Below, piece after piece: positions 1 through 13,877 of a stretch of DNA of 64,000 bases (its first letter is position 1; each line of letters begins with the position of its first letter). The position numbers and the translations under genes were made by a program. Below the pieces are notes generated by a model. That model made no database searches and was not told where the DNA came from. It saw only the letters and a program-made list of their open reading frames with translations. The stretch comes from Octopus sinensis (lineage: Eukaryota): assembly GCF_006345805.1 (NCBI RefSeq), contig NC_042998.1, positions 132,432,001-132,496,000 on the forward strand. Direction: 5' to 3'.

Positions 1-50
1 ATTTGAACTCACTTATGAGACACCTGCATGTGCTTATATATATATATATT

Positions 51-428
51 CTTTTACTCGTTTCTGTCATTTGACTGTGGCCATGCTGGAGCATCGCCTT
101 TAGTCGAGCAAATCGACCCCCAGGACTTATTCTTTGTAAGCCTAGTACTTATTCTGTCTCTTTTGCCGAACGACTAAGTTATGGGGACGTAAACACACCA
201 GCATCGGTTGTCAAGCGGTGTTGGGGGGACAAACTCAGACACACACACACACATACACATATATAGTTTCCACATATGTAGTTTCCATCTACCAAATCCA
301 CTCACAAGGCTTTGGTCGGCCCCTAGGCTATAGTAGAAAACACTTGCCCAAGGTGCCATGCAGTGGAATTGCACCCAGAACCATGTGGTTGGTAAACAAG
401 CTACTTACTACACAGCCACTCCTGTGCC
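51..428 (-). mobile_element. SINE family A (tRNA-like head, bipartite with internal microsatellite), near full length
   Basis: Reverse complement of the copy at 9307-9730. It has the same head (ggcacaggagtggctgtgtagtaag), the same body (gacaaccgatgctggtgtgtttacgtcccc ... agaataagtactagg ... ctccagcatggcc) and a central (CA)n/(TA)n tract. Confidence 0.85.
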
Positions 429-1090
429 TATACTTACCACACAGCTACTCCTGCCTGCGCCTATACATATACATACATACACACACTTAGTAGATACACC
501 GTTTGAAGTAAATCCTTATACAAGATATGTCCATTAAAGTTTATGCACACATATGCTCAGACACACACAAACACACACATACACTAACATCGACTTGGTG
601 CTTGAATTAAAAGCATACAAACACAAAAGGCGAAAAGACCAGCAAGAATTTAAATATATCCACAAAGCCAGATGTTTATATGCACACACACGTGCACAAG
701 CAAAGAGGCAGATGCACACACACTTTTAATTACACATACATTTATATATGCTATTTACTGTTCCCTATTGTTTCTCAATGTTTCTGTTTTGTTTGTTTGT
801 TTTTTTATGATAGAGACAGAGATCTCTAATTAACTGAATTCTTGAAATTTTCAACTGTTTAGTTTTCTTTTTTTGTTTGTTTTTTGTTTGTGTTTAGTTT
901 TGCTTTTTCTTTCTTAACCTGAGGACACTGTAACAGAGATTTGCAGCCACAAGTGAATTTCATTTTCACTCTGAATAACATTGACTGAATTTTATAACAT
1001 CGCACATGCGTGTATACTTTACACAAACGCACACACACACACTCATATATCTATGTATGTGCACATATGCATATATATGTGTATATATAT

Positions 1091-1494
1091 ATCATCATCA
1101 TCATTGTTTAACGTCCGCTTTCCATGCTAGCATGGGTTGGACGATTTGACTGAGGGCTAGCAAACCAGACGGCTGCACCAGGCTTCAATATTGATCTGGC
1201 AGAGTTTCTACAGCTGGATGCCCCTCCTAACGCCAACCACTCTCAGAGTGTAGTGGGTGCTTTTACGTGCCAGTCAGGCGGTACTGGCAACGACCTCGCT
1301 CAAATCTTTTGCACATGCCACCGGCACAGGTGCCAGTAAGGTGATGCTGGTAACGATTACGCTCGAATGGTGTCTTTTACGTGCCACCGGCACAGAGGCT
1401 AGATAGCTGCTCTGGCAATGATCACGCTCAGATGGTGCTCTTAACACCCTAATAGCACGGAGCTCGAGTGCCAGTAAGGCGACGCTGGTAACGA
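1091..1494 (-). mobile_element. Short copy of the RTE LINE 3' end with ~60-bp internal tandem units and (atc)n tail
   Basis: Reverse complement matches 15560-15963: (atc)n, tttaacgtccgctttccatgctagcatgggttggac, ggatgccc.tcctaacgccaacc and several gtgcca(c)cggcac units. Confidence 0.85.
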
Positions 1495-1911
1495 GATATA
1501 TATATATATATATAATAATGATATGTATATGTGATGGATTATCCTGTTGGAGATGACATACGAGTGTTCAGCTTTTTGCCGAATGACCTGCACAGATGAT
1601 TTGTTTATAGTGGTCAAATGTTCGTGCCACACATTAGCCCATTCTCTCCATCAAATCGACATTGTCTGAACAGGTGCACAAGTGTACCATGTGTCAGGTG
1701 TAGAAATGATCACAGAGTAACGCTGATGAAGTGTTTTGCTCAGTCTAGGAATTGAAATCACAATTGCTAGACTGTGAGTGCAACACTCCAACCACTAGGC
1801 CATGTGCCCTATGCACACAGGCACTCTTTTATACATCTATGTATGTGTACATATGCATATGTATCTACTTGTCATATATGTATATATATATATACACACA
1901 CACACATATAT

Positions 1912-1953
<42 letters not shown>

Positions 1954-1957
<4 letters not shown>

Positions 1958-2122
1958 TCACCATCATTTAACGTGCTGGCATGCGTTGGACGGTTTGACC
2001 AGGGCTAGCTAGCAGGAAGGCTGCATGAGACTCTGATTTGGTATGGTTTTCTATGGCTGGATGCCCTTTCCAATACCAACCACTCCGAGAATGTGTAATG
2101 GGTGTTTTTGCATGCCACCATT
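1954..2122 (-). mobile_element. Degenerate short copy of the RTE 3' end
   Basis: atcatcaccatcatttaacgtg...ggctggatgccctttccaataccaaccactccgagaatgtgtaatgggtg matches the tail at 15790-15963. Confidence 0.7.
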
Positions 2123-2288
2123 ATCTACCACAACAGTGATTTTGCTTGGTTTGATGGGTCTTCTTTGCAAGCAATATCTATACATACATACATACACACA
2201 TGTATGTAAATCATGCATAGATGTAGATTCATGTGGGTATGGTTGTCTGAGTATATTCATGTAATATCATCTACCTCCGTCTCTCCAG

Positions 2289-2399
2289 TTGCCAAATATA
2301 CTTAAGTGGGTCTATTTTATTGGTCAGTCCTCTGTTCATCAGACAGTGCGTGAGCATGTCTTGATAGATGTGTGTGAGTTATCAGAGACCTCTGTACAA
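2289..2399 (+). CDS. Candidate internal exon of an unidentified host gene (LPNILKWVYFIGQSSVHQTVREHVLIDVCELSETSVQ)
   Basis: Pyrimidine-rich acceptor (ctacctccgtctctccag|), open phase-0 frame and high-complexity sequence in low-complexity flanks. The donor is ambiguous (2322, 2399 or 2411) and I recognise no homologue. Confidence 0.3.
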
Positions 2400-2612
2400 G
2401 TACTGCTGCAAGTTTCTAGCTGGAACTGTTTCTTTGCTTTTTTTTATTCTATTTATTTTTCATGTTTTTTTTTAACAAACCTATTTATCACAGCTTTGTA
2501 ATTTCTTAGCTTCTCTTTAAGAAATTTATTTTTTCTCCTTGGCAGTTTACAAAAAAAAAAAATCTATATATGTACAGAGTAACATATGTAATATATAAAT
2601 ATATATACATAC

Positions 2613-2652
<40 letters not shown>

Positions 2653-3291
2653 GTTTATAAGTATTTGTGTGCATATGTATAATGTGTGTGCGTGTGTTTG
2701 TAAACACTTACATTCTGGCAAATGGGAAAATTCACAGTTGTGGGCTTTTAAAGCATAGACACATGCACAGCCATAAATATACACATAAGTGTGTGTATGT
2801 CTGTTAAAATATGTTTGTGTACACACATATACATACATACATGGATTAATTGCATATACTCATGTAAGTACAAATTGCAATATGGTCTTTGAAGCATACA
2901 TGCATTTACACTCACTCATATACATTCATGTTTAGTTTTATATTGACATCCGTATATTTTTCTGTCATGTTTAGCAACAAAAACCATTATTCAGATCTAT
3001 AGAGTCAACATCTCATTCCTTCTCCCTGAGTCCAACTTACCCCCCCCCCCGTCTCTCTCTCTCTCTCTATTTCTCTCTCTTCTTAACCCCTCTTCACAGT
3101 CCACCTCATTTTATGTCTCCCATTTGGACATCCACCCCTGCCCACGCTTTTGTTCTCACTCTTGTCAGGTGGTGTGCTGTTGTCCACGTGCATTTGTCTG
3201 CTTGCATGCATGTGTTTGCAGTATATATATATGTGTGTGTGTGTGTGTATGTGTGTCTATGAATTCATGTGCATGTATGTGCTTTTATATA

Positions 3292-3325
<34 letters not shown>

Positions 3326-4468
3326 ATGTCTGCATGTCAGAATATGTGTACATGGATGTGAATTGTACATATGCTTTTGTGTGGGCATGCACATGGTCTC
3401 TGGGGTGGGAGAAGTTAATAATAGCTAAGAGTGTATATTTGTGTTTGCATATATCTGTGTGTGTGTGTGTGTTTGTGTGAGTGTAATATCTGATGGTGTA
3501 AAAGTTGGCTGGCAGCCCGATGTTAATGCCACTTCAGCCTGGTTCCACTGCTGCGCACACTCTTGTACACTGCTCATCGCAACATTCTCCTCTCTCCATC
3601 CCTGTATTCGTATATCTCACATACGCACATGCATGCACACATTGGTTCCCTTTGATCTACGGCTCGATCGTTTAAATTTTGCTTAGTAACACAAAGGATG
3701 ATTTCTGCCTCTCCCCACCCATGTCACCATCATTTGATCGGTTGCAGAGTTAGCATTGATGATGATGATGATGATGGTGGTGGTTATGGCAGCCAATAGG
3801 AAGGTAATACTCAGGCTACTGAAAATGTTGTCAATGTTATTGCTAACAACAACAGTGTTGGATGCTAACTGTTTCTTTGGTGGTAGTGATTATCATTTAA
3901 CCCCAAGTTGGTTCATGATTGAACAGATGTAAGTTGGTCCAATTATAGCCATCCCAAGTTTTATTTCAGATCCTGTACACAACGTGTCCTTTCTTTGTTC
4001 TAAGATTGAAGGAAGTAATCCGTTGATGATTTAGCTTCTATTTCCAGCAGGTCAAGTGGTGATATTGGTAATGGTGCTGCTTGAGTCGGTTGCATTTATT
4101 GCTAGTGATGTGAAGAAGTGTGGAGATCGTAGATGCTGGAAATACTTGACAGTAACCTAGTAGAATGGTATTGCTAAAATGATGGTTCAAACTAGTGAAT
4201 TTTGCCACCTACTACTTTTTTGTAGTTGGCATGTACCATACAGAAGGAACTTCACAGCACCTTTTCTCTCAGAATTGAGCAAAGCGATTGTGTCAGAACA
4301 TAGTATTCAATCATTTTCAAATGCTTTGCTTGTTGGTCCTTGCCTTCACTGTACTTGTGAATCCCTTTTTACAGGCAGCCTTGTTTGAGAAACATTCACA
4401 TCTATTCACCATATCCAAGAAAGGTGTCAGCTATGACCAAAGCACCTACTGACCATATTTTATCAGAT

Positions 4469-4687
4469 CAGTGGTTTTCAACCAGGGTTCCGTGGAACCT
4501 TAGGGTTCTGCCAGTACAGTCCAGGGGTTCCGCAAGAAGTTACAAAACTGCCAAAATCGGCAGTAATTTTTAAGTCTCCTTTGCAGATATGTGTGCATAA
4601 GACTATTAAATTATTGCACAGGGGTTCCTCGAGCCAGTGGAATGTTTCCTTGGGGTTCCGCTCCAGCAAAAAGTTTGAAAAGCACTG
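4469..4687. mobile_element. hAT-type MITE, 219 bp
   Basis: TIRs cagtggttttcaacc / gtttgaaaagcactg; perfect 8-bp TSD tatcagat at 4461-4468 and 4688-4695; same family as 57848-58026. Confidence 0.9.
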
Positions 4688-5559
4688 TATCAGATGATAG
4701 TGAGTCCTATAGCCCATGTAGTTATAAGAACACTAATGCTTTTTCATGTTGTTGTGTGTACTCTATTGAGAGGGTGCCATGTTCCAATTTCCATGATAAG
4801 AAGTTATCCAAATTGTGCTTTGATATCTTTAAATCAGCATCCCCAATTTTGTTGTTATAGTCATGATATTTTGGCCATTGTATTCTTCAACCTTTATGAC
4901 TTTCAGACTGAATCCTGGTATGGAAAACCTAATATCAGCCCCTGTGGGTTTAAGAAACGGTCAGCTTATGAATAATATATCGAGGACTGCATTATCCAGT
5001 GTCTCTTTCTTCTAAAACAATAGGGTGTGTTTTGAAGGAGATTTGCTGCTATATCTAGCAGGCTGAGTGACCATGCAGAGGCTCCCTCATTAGATTATGG
5101 TTCATATGTAGAAATCTGGTGGAACTTAAATCTGTTGATGTCTTTTCTTACATTGTTAGTGGTGTGACTTGTTCTTGCAGACTTCATCCAAAATCAAAAG
5201 TTGTTGCCCTTGACATTAACAAAAGTCTTTTGTTGTTTCTCGCATTTGAATTCATAAAGCTGACTCTAACCACCTGGATTAGACTATCTCTCTCTCTGTC
5301 TGTCTCTCTCTCCCTCTCTCTCTCTAAATCTTTGGTGGTTTATGAGTAGCATGGGTGGGGATTTTGTTACTTTTTCTGTGGAAAGTTCTGGGAGCTGTTC
5401 TCTACGTATGCATATGGTATTTATGTGCATGAGTGTGTGTATGTGTGTGATTATCTGTATGTATGTACGTGCGTATATATTTATGCATTAATCTATGGTT
5501 GTTCAGTGTATGTGGTAGGTGAGAAAGGAGAGCTGGTGTGTGTTCTTTTTTTTACTATT

Positions 5560-5753
5560 TCTTCCCTTTCATGTTACATAATTCTTGGTTCTCTTAACTT
5601 ACCTTTCATTGCTCCTTTCTCTCCTCATTCCCCATTGTTAACTGTCTTGTCTTTCCACATTGCTCTCCACCCCCTCCACTCACACTTTCCCCTCTTATTA
5701 ATGCTCCTGACTTTATTTTATGTTTTGTTTACTCTCCTTCTTTTGTTCTCTCA

Positions 5754-5784
<31 letters not shown>

Positions 5785-6430
5785 CCATTCTTCCTTTGTC
5801 CTATTCCCCCTTGTTCCCACCCCTTTGTCCACTTCCCTTGCTACCCCTTTTATCAGCTTTCCTTTTGTCCCCTCTTCCCCTCTAACACCTTTGCTCTTTT
5901 TTTCTGTCATGTTTAGTCTTCCATTCTCTTTTATCTTCTCCCACCGTCACTCTCCACTTGCTCTTTATCTCCCACTCTCTCCTTTGTTCATTTTCAATAT
6001 TTGCCTTACTCTTCTTCCCTTTCTCTCTTTATCCCCTCACTCTCTCTCATTTTATCTATTTTCTCCTTCTCTTTGCCTCACTCTACCCCTACCTACCTTG
6101 CTCCTTTGTTATTCCATTTGTAATACTTTTACTCACCAGTTTTCTCTCTCCCCTTGCTCTGTCTCTCTAGTTGTCTGTTTGGTTCTCCTTACTCTCCTGC
6201 TCATAATTTTTGATCTTTATCTTCTTGCTGTACTCTCCTCCCGCAGTGTGTATCCAGTGAAATTACACCCAAGCCACCCGTCATACAATTCCTATATTTT
6301 CCAGGCCACCCACCCCACCCCACCTCCTTCCTTACTAACTTATCTGTACCTGCCACCCCTTTGTCAGTACCCCAAATCCCAGACCCAGACCATGTCTTTT
6401 CTTTACCACCCATGCTCCTTCTTTCTTTTT
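5560..6430. repeat. Long pyrimidine-rich low-complexity tract with (CT)n
   Basis: The + strand is overwhelmingly C/T; this explains the spurious 249-aa L/S/F/P ORF. Confidence 0.8.
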
Positions 6431-7924
6431 AAAACGAAGCAATTAATTAACTGGCTTGACTGTAATTAATCTTAATAAGAATAGCAGCAGATTAGAGGAG
6501 CTAATTACGTCACATTAGTGGAGCGAAGAAAGTTTCCAGCAAGAAAGGAAAAGAATAGAAATTATGGATTACGGAGTTGCGAGAGGGAATGTAGGAAAGT
6601 GAGACAAAGGTCATAGTGGCAGAAAGTTTGGTGGGGAGGGGGGAGAGCTGAGGAGGAAAAGTTGTGAGAAAGAGAGAAGAGGAATAGCTGAAGCTGTGAG
6701 GGAGAGGGAGAGGGGGGAATAGAGAGAGAGAGAGAGAGAGAAAAGGACTGTGTACTTATATGATGCATGCATTGTTTTGTAATTACATGTAAAGGCATGT
6801 GTAATGTGTGCATTTGTGAGCACACTTGGCTGCACATTGATGTGTTCAGACCTGGTTGCATATATATATATATATACATACATGTATGTGTGTGTGTGTA
6901 CAGAGAGAGAGAGAGACGGATATGTACACACGCACACACACACACTCACGTATATATTGATATGTATATAGTGTATACATATGTGCAGCATGTGTAGTGA
7001 TGTGCATTTTGTCTTTGTAGTTGAGTTGACTGCATACTTTTGTGTGTTTACGTGTGTGTGGCATGGAAGGGGTGGCTGTCTAGAATGAGAGGTGGAGGAA
7101 CGATTACAATAGGGGGGATGTGTGTGCAAACGATAGAATTGGGTAGGGTCTAGAACAGGATTGATAAGGTTGGGAGATGAGAAATACAAATGGTGTGGTG
7201 GCAGCAGTGGTGATGATGGAGTTGCTGGTCTTGGCGGCGGTGGTGGTAAATGCAGAACAAAGATCTTGATGTCGATTATATAACAATTGCAGTGATGGAG
7301 GTGTATCGTGGGTGATAGGTAGTGTTGGTGGTTGGTAGTGGTTTGCATGGATGTTATGTTGAGATGAGAGCTCAAGCCATGGAGAGTATATGCATGAAGT
7401 GACGGGGTGGTGGGGTGGGGGTGAGTTTCGCGAAGTGCCAGTGGGGAGAAGAAGGGTTGGACTGTAGAAAGAAGAACTGCGAAGAATTCACTGAAAAGAA
7501 CTCTATCTTTTGAAATTTAATAATTGCCATGGTTTTTTTTTTTTTTATTCATTATCTGTCATCGTTTGATTTATTAATGTTTATTTTAATTTTAAATACT
7601 AAAACAATGTCTTTGACATGAATTTAACGTGTGTGTAATGTGTGTGTGTATTTATAATATATATACACACACACACACAGAGTCTGTATGTCAGCATAGT
7701 GAGCATGAGTGTGTATGTATGTATGTTTTGTGTTTATGTATATTTATATGTATTTATGTACATGCATATATATATATATATATATGATTATATATATATA
7801 TATGTGTATATTTATTTATATGTGTATATTTATTATATGTGTGTATATTTATTTATATGTATGTATGTATATTTATATGTATCTATGTATATTTATATGT
7901 ATTTATAATATATATGTATGTATG

Positions 7925-7988
<64 letters not shown>

Positions 7989-9306
7989 GGGTCTGTATGT
8001 AATCATAATGAATATGAAAGTATGTATGTATTCTGAAGAATTTCAGGTACATTGTTTTTGCTATGTAGCTCTGAAACCCTAGGTGCATATTTTACTGGTG
8101 CCCACAGGGAAGATGTAAGCATCACAATTATCGCATAACATACCACTTTCCCGGGTAAATTGTGAAACATCATGCCTTTGTATGAAGCCATGTGCATATG
8201 TGTCAGTATTCATATAAATTTCTACATGATTATCAGCATCGGGATGTGTGTGTGTGTATATGCATAGATGAATCAATATATTAAGCACACCAATGAAATT
8301 CATTTAATTTGCCCCCCAAAATATGTGCATTTATTAAAAATTCCAAAATTATTTGAGATTTTTAAAATTTTATTTTTTTAGATTCTTTTTTTTTTTTTTT
8401 TTCCGGTTTTATTATTGCAAATATGAAAATGATTAAAATTCTCTCTATTTCCTCAGATGGTTTTTAAAGTTTCCAGTTCTTTTGTAGTATCAGTTTCTGG
8501 TTTCTAGATTCTCTCTTCTGCTGCTTATTCACTATTTGATTGGCAAAATTGATTTGAATCACCTGAGATGCTAAATTTCCTTCCTTTCCTTTTTAATTTT
8601 AATTTTTTTTTTTGCTTTATTTTATTTTTGTTTTGCTTTGTATTTTTTTCTTTTGCATTTTTTCCATTCCAGTTTTCCTTATATTTTATCCTAATAAAGA
8701 GATGGTAGTGGTGGGGAGTCTGCCCTAAATCTTAAGAGAGCATCTTTGACTTTTAAATTCCAATTCTTGTAACTATCCTCCTAGTGTGAGTTACAAAATA
8801 GCTTTATATCAGATACCTAGTTGGTTTACAATAAAATCATTGGGATGCTATTTGACAAAAAAAAAAAAAAAAAAAAAAACTAGCTTGCTATAATCTGGTT
8901 AGGGAATCTGTCCTGCTGGATGGATACCATCAGCTAATGTCCTGTATTAAAACATGCATGGTCGACCACTAACCTTGTGACTGAAATTCATGTCATCCTC
9001 AATATCATTTAATGTCTGTGATCCATGCTGTCATGGGTCAAACAGTTTGACAGGAGCTGCCAATCCCGAGGATTGCACCGGATTCCGGTTGTCTGTTTTG
9101 GCATGGTTTCTATGGCTGGATGCCCATTCCTAATGCCAACAACTACAGAATGTACTGGGTGTTTCTTACGTGGTGCCAGCATGGGTTCTTTTTATGTGGT
9201 GCTGGCATGGGTGGGTGTGTTTGTACTTCTCATCTTCATGTGGTTGCTAACAGCAAATCAAAAGAATCATAAGATGTGTTTCTAGTTCTTAGTGAAACCA
9301 TTTCCA

Positions 9307-9476
9307 GGCGCAGGAGTGGCTGTGTGGTAAGTAGCTTGCTAACCAACCACATGGTTCCGGGTTCAGTCCCACTGCGTGGCACCTTGGGCAAGTGTCTTCT
9401 GCTATAGCCCCGGGCCGGCCAATGCCTTGTGAGTGGATTTGGTAGACGGAAACTGAAAGAAGGCCGTCATATATAT

Positions 9477-9516
<40 letters not shown>

Positions 9517-9730
9517 TTGCGTGTCTGTGTTTGTCCCCCTAGCATTGCTTGACAACCGATGCTGGTATGTTTACGTCCCCGTCACTTAGCGGTTCGGCAA
9601 AAGAGACCGATAGAATAAGTACTATGCTTACAAAGAATAAGTCCCGGGGTCGATTTGCTCGACTAAAGGCGGTGCTCCAGCATGGCCGCAGTCAAATGAC
9701 TGAAGCAAGTAAGAGAGTAAAAGAGTAAAG
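9307..9730 (+). mobile_element. SINE family A, full length
   Basis: tRNA-like head with A-box-like tggctgtgtggta and B-box-like gggttcagtcc, central (TA)n(TG)n tract, conserved 3' half, ends in gagtaaaagag repeats. Confidence 0.9.
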
Positions 9731-9898
9731 AGAGAGAGACTGTTAATTGTTTGATAGAAACAGGTGATCATCATCATCTGGATTTGCATGTGGTCAGAGA
9801 AAACTCTTCTCCAGCATAGTCTCATCTGACTCATGCACGTATGTTAAGGTTGATGTTAAAACTATTATTATTATTATTATTATTAAAGGAAAGTAAAA

Positions 9899-10075
9899 GG
9901 CAGCAAGATGGTAGAATCATTAGCATGCTCAGTGCTATTTTTTTCTGCTTCATGTTTTGAGTTCAAATTCTGCCGGGGTTGGCTTTGCCTTTCATACTTT
10001 TGAGGTCTCGATGAAATAAGTACCATTTAAACACCAATGGTCAATGTAATTGACTACCCCCCCCCCTTATGCCTA
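9899..10075 (+). mobile_element. SINE family B, degenerate copy after an (att)n tract
   Basis: ggcagcaagatggtagaatcattagcatgc...gagttcaaattctgccgg...tttgcctttcat...aaataagtacca aligns with 29410-29622. Confidence 0.7.
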
Positions 10076-10180
10076 CAGTAAGATTCTTTATAGCTTTACG
10101 TGTTCTTTGAGATCCTACTATTCCAAAAAGAAACTTTCATGTTCTCTTGAAGGTTTATAGATTTCTTAATGACATCAACT

Positions 10181-10212
<32 letters not shown>

Positions 10213-10694
10213 AACTGTAATCACCCCTTCCCACAAATAAAAAAAAAATAGAAAACCAACCGCACAATGAAAGCAGACATGTGGTGTGAGGTGTCACAGC
10301 CATTTGGCCTCTAACGTTGAGTGTCCAAAAGGCTTTCAGATCTAGTTTGGACACCCACAATCCACTCACACACTCTCATCTGTATTAATTTCTATTTTTC
10401 CTGTTCCTCTGAAGCACTCTTCTTTCTATGAGAATAGGATAGCAAACAACGGATAACTAACTGACTATCTGGCTATCAGCGTGCTAAATATAACTATGGC
10501 GGAAGCAAACAGCTTCTGAGTGGCAAAATAGGGGGGTAGGGTTTCCTGCAGACTGTTCAGATGAGCTGAGCTGGCTTTCACCTTGACCTTTATCCTGTTT
10601 ATTTCTCGCTTTTTCTCTCTCTCTCTCTCTGTGGCTGCTTCAATGCCATCTCTCCCCTCATCCTACACCTCACCCAAGTTGTGCTGTTTGATTC

Positions 10695-10734
<40 letters not shown>

Positions 10735-11012
10735 TGCCCTGGCATTTATGTATCTGTATGCCTGTGTATTGTGTGATTGTGTTTATGCTATTATATTCTG
10801 TGTGTATTTACATGTTTTATATGGTACTTTATCATTGTCAGTCTCTTTGTAACTCTGTGTGTGTGTGTGTGCATGTATTTGACTCTGTTAGTGTGTTTTA
10901 ATTGGTGGTGGTTGTTATGATTATTAATATTATTAGTTTTTATAATTATTTTGTTTTGTGCTTATGTGTTTTTGTCATTGATGTGTGAATGGGATTGTGT
11001 TCGTTGTTGTTT

Positions 11013-11043
<31 letters not shown>

Positions 11044-11739
11044 TTTGAAATCTGCTGACTGGATGAATATATGAATTGCTCTCTGGGAAAAACGAGAGCT
11101 CAGCTGTTTTCAAGGAGTGTGTGATTGTTAATATTGATGATTGTTTGAGTAATGAGAAGAAAGAGTGGGGAAGGAAGGAAGGAAGGAGTAAGAGTGACAG
11201 AAAACAGACAGATCAAACAAAAAGGGTGGGTCTGTAAATTGTTAGGTAAGTAGAACCAGAGAGAAACGGAAGTGGATGGGTAAATTAATAATTGTTTATA
11301 TGTATGTGTGTATGCAAGTGTGTGTGTGTATGTATATATATATACACATGGTTGTATATGTGTGTGTTTATGCATACACTAAAGGAGTGTGTGAACATGT
11401 GTGCATAGGCATTCTATTTATGTTGTTGTTTTTTCTCTCTCTCTCACATGAGTAGTCGTAGGCATTTTAAATATTTTAGCTTTGTTTTGAAAATCTGAAC
11501 GTGCATTCACCATTCAGTCTTAGGTTTAATTAAACAATAAATGTAATTTAATTGCCAAACCAATGTAAACTGTAGATGCTTTCATAATTGATCTGAGCAA
11601 AGTGTATGAATGCCCTCACTCTCGGTGTTATATAATGATGATAATAATAGTAACAATCATCATAATCATCGTCATACATCTCTTTTCCATGTTGGCATGG
11701 GTTGGACAAATAATAATAATAATAATTATTATTAAAAGT

Positions 11740-12125
11740 ACAAGGCCTGAAATTTTATTATATCAGAACCCCACCCTCTGCAGTATTTGACTAGTAAAGT
11801 GGACCTTGGCAGAAATTGAACTAAGAATGTAAAGAGCTGGGAGAAATGCCACTATCTTGTCTGTTGCAGTAACAATTCTGTTTGCTTGTCACCTTAATAA
11901 TAATAATAATAATGATGATAATAATAATAATTATAATAATAATTTCAAATTTTGGCACAGTTTCGGGGAGGGAATAAATTGATTTCATCAATCTCAGTAT
12001 TTCACGGGTATTTTATCAATCCTGAAAGGGTGAAAGGCAAAGTCAGACTTGGGGGTGTAAAAACAGACGAAATGCCGTTAAGCATTTTGTTTGATATGCT
12101 AAAAATTCTGCCAGCTCCCCACTTT
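11740..12125 (-). mobile_element. Two adjacent degenerate SINE family B copies separated by (aat)n
   Basis: caaggcctgaaattt..., aaagtggaccttggcagaaattgaactaagaa, gaaagggtgaaaggcaaagtc and aaaattctgccagctcccc are reverse complements of family B motifs. Confidence 0.6.
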
Positions 12126-12751
12126 AATAATAATAAAGAAAAGATTTGTGATGTTTTTTAGTTGATATTTAGTCCATAATACACAGGAAAGACAACTCCC
12201 AAGAAAACAAGGGGATTTCTACTTGGTCATTTGATGTGCTAGAAATAATAGCCACATTTCATTCAACTCCAGTATTGGATGGACACATATAGTATATCCC
12301 TATACACTACATACTCCTAAAAAAGGCATGATGGTAATGCCTGGGGTAGTTTTCATTGGGAAGGGTGTGAGGCTGAGCAGTGACAATGAATTGTTTACAT
12401 GCTGGAATTCAGAAGGATTTCTGTATCCTCATGCTCAGAAAAGGATGTTTCAATGTGGCAGGTGTATATGTATATGTGATATATATGTATATAAGTGTGT
12501 ACATGTGTGTGTATGTGTGTTATTTGTATGTGCATGGGTTATATGTGTATGTATTTCATTATTCAAATTTATCGTTCTTACAATGGTGCCATTGTTTCAT
12601 TCTAGCCGGTCCCACTTGTCAAAAGAAAATCAAAATTATGAATTCACAATCACTTAGGACACTGAGAGTTTATAAATTTTTAACAAGGCCATTTCAACAT
12701 GTTTTTTTTTTTCCTTCAAAAATATCTAGTTTCAAAACAGACCAACTTTGA

Positions 12752-12978
12752 TTAACCCTTTGGCACTCACATTATTCTTCTATCAAAAGTAATGCTTATT
12801 TATTCACATTATTTTGAATTACTAATGCATTATTTTGTAGCTTTGAGACTTCTAATGAGGTTAACTGTTAATTTTCAGAATAATATTGTAAGATTGGTGC
12901 AAGGTGCCGGGTCTGACCATAAGCAGGTAGAATGAATATTTTGGCTGAATATGGCTGGTTTAAATGCTACAGAGTTAA
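12752..12978. mobile_element. TTAA-flanked (piggyBac-type) MITE, degenerate
   Basis: Starts ttaaccctttggca and ends tgctacagagttaa; a reverse-complement relative lies at ~21157-21395. Confidence 0.55.
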
Positions 12979-13536
12979 GGAAACTTAAAAAGAATAAGGC
13001 ACAATTTAAATATGAAACAAGCAAAAACAAATTTGCTATAGCTATTATTAACAACAAATTAGATAATCAAAAATATCTCAATTTCTCCTATGATTAATGG
13101 TATAAGTTTCCTATAATTTTTATCTTTGCTAAAGACCTCAAACTCCAGATTTTATATTGCACATATTGAGTTCTTGGTTGTATTCTTCTATGATGAATTA
13201 TGCTGTTGTAAAACTTACACTTGCATACTTGCACATAGTTATGCGTGCACACACATACACACAGTTACAGTTAATTAGTATTGCTGCTTTTGCTTAGCAG
13301 ACAATCAGGTTTTTATTATTTCATAATTAATTGGTTTATTATAGATAGGACAAAGCCGTGAGTGCTTACAACAATGAAACGAAGATAATAGTTAGCGCTA
13401 CATTGAAATGGGTTGTGTGTTGGTGTTGCAGCATACAGATGATGAGTTCAATCCATTACAGCTGCTTCTGGTCATACTCTAGACTTTCGGTAAAAAGTAA
13501 AACAGACTGGCAGTAATTAATTAGTTGAGAAAGAAA

Positions 13537-13775
13537 GGTAGTGAGCTGGCAGAATAACTTGCGCACCAGAAGAAATACTTAGTGGCATTTCATCCGTCTT
13601 TACATTTTGAGTTCAAATTCCACCAGGGTCGATTTTGACAATTTACCCCCTCCCTCAAACTGCTGGCCTTGTGCCAAAATTTGAGACCAATAATTTAGTT
13701 GAGAAATGTAATCGACTAGACCCCTCTTCCAAAATTTCAGGCCTTGTGCTCATAAAGGAAAGGATTATTATTGAC
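13537..13775 (+). mobile_element. SINE family B copy
   Basis: ggtagtgagctggcagaataac...gagttcaaattccaccagggtcgatttt...ctggccttgtgc, with a duplicated 3' portion. Confidence 0.65.
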
Positions 13776-13877
13776 GTTGATGATAATGATTTCTATTATT
13801 GCCTCAAGGCTGTGAGGAAACAGTTCATTAAATCAACCTTGATATATAACTGGTAGTTATTTCTTTGTTTCCCAGAA

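Noticed and set aside
5425-7375. ORFs of 163, 249 and 254 aa
   Set aside because: Low-complexity C/T- or microsatellite-derived sequence with no domain-like pattern.
8079-8200. C1-domain-like spacing in a minus-strand ORF (HGF...CDNC...C*)
   Set aside because: The frame stops before the remaining ligands and no usable splice donor precedes the stop.
10318-10355. Hairpin gtgtccaaa...tttggacac as a pre-miRNA
   Set aside because: Only a 9-bp perfect stem, and no match to any miRNA I recognise.
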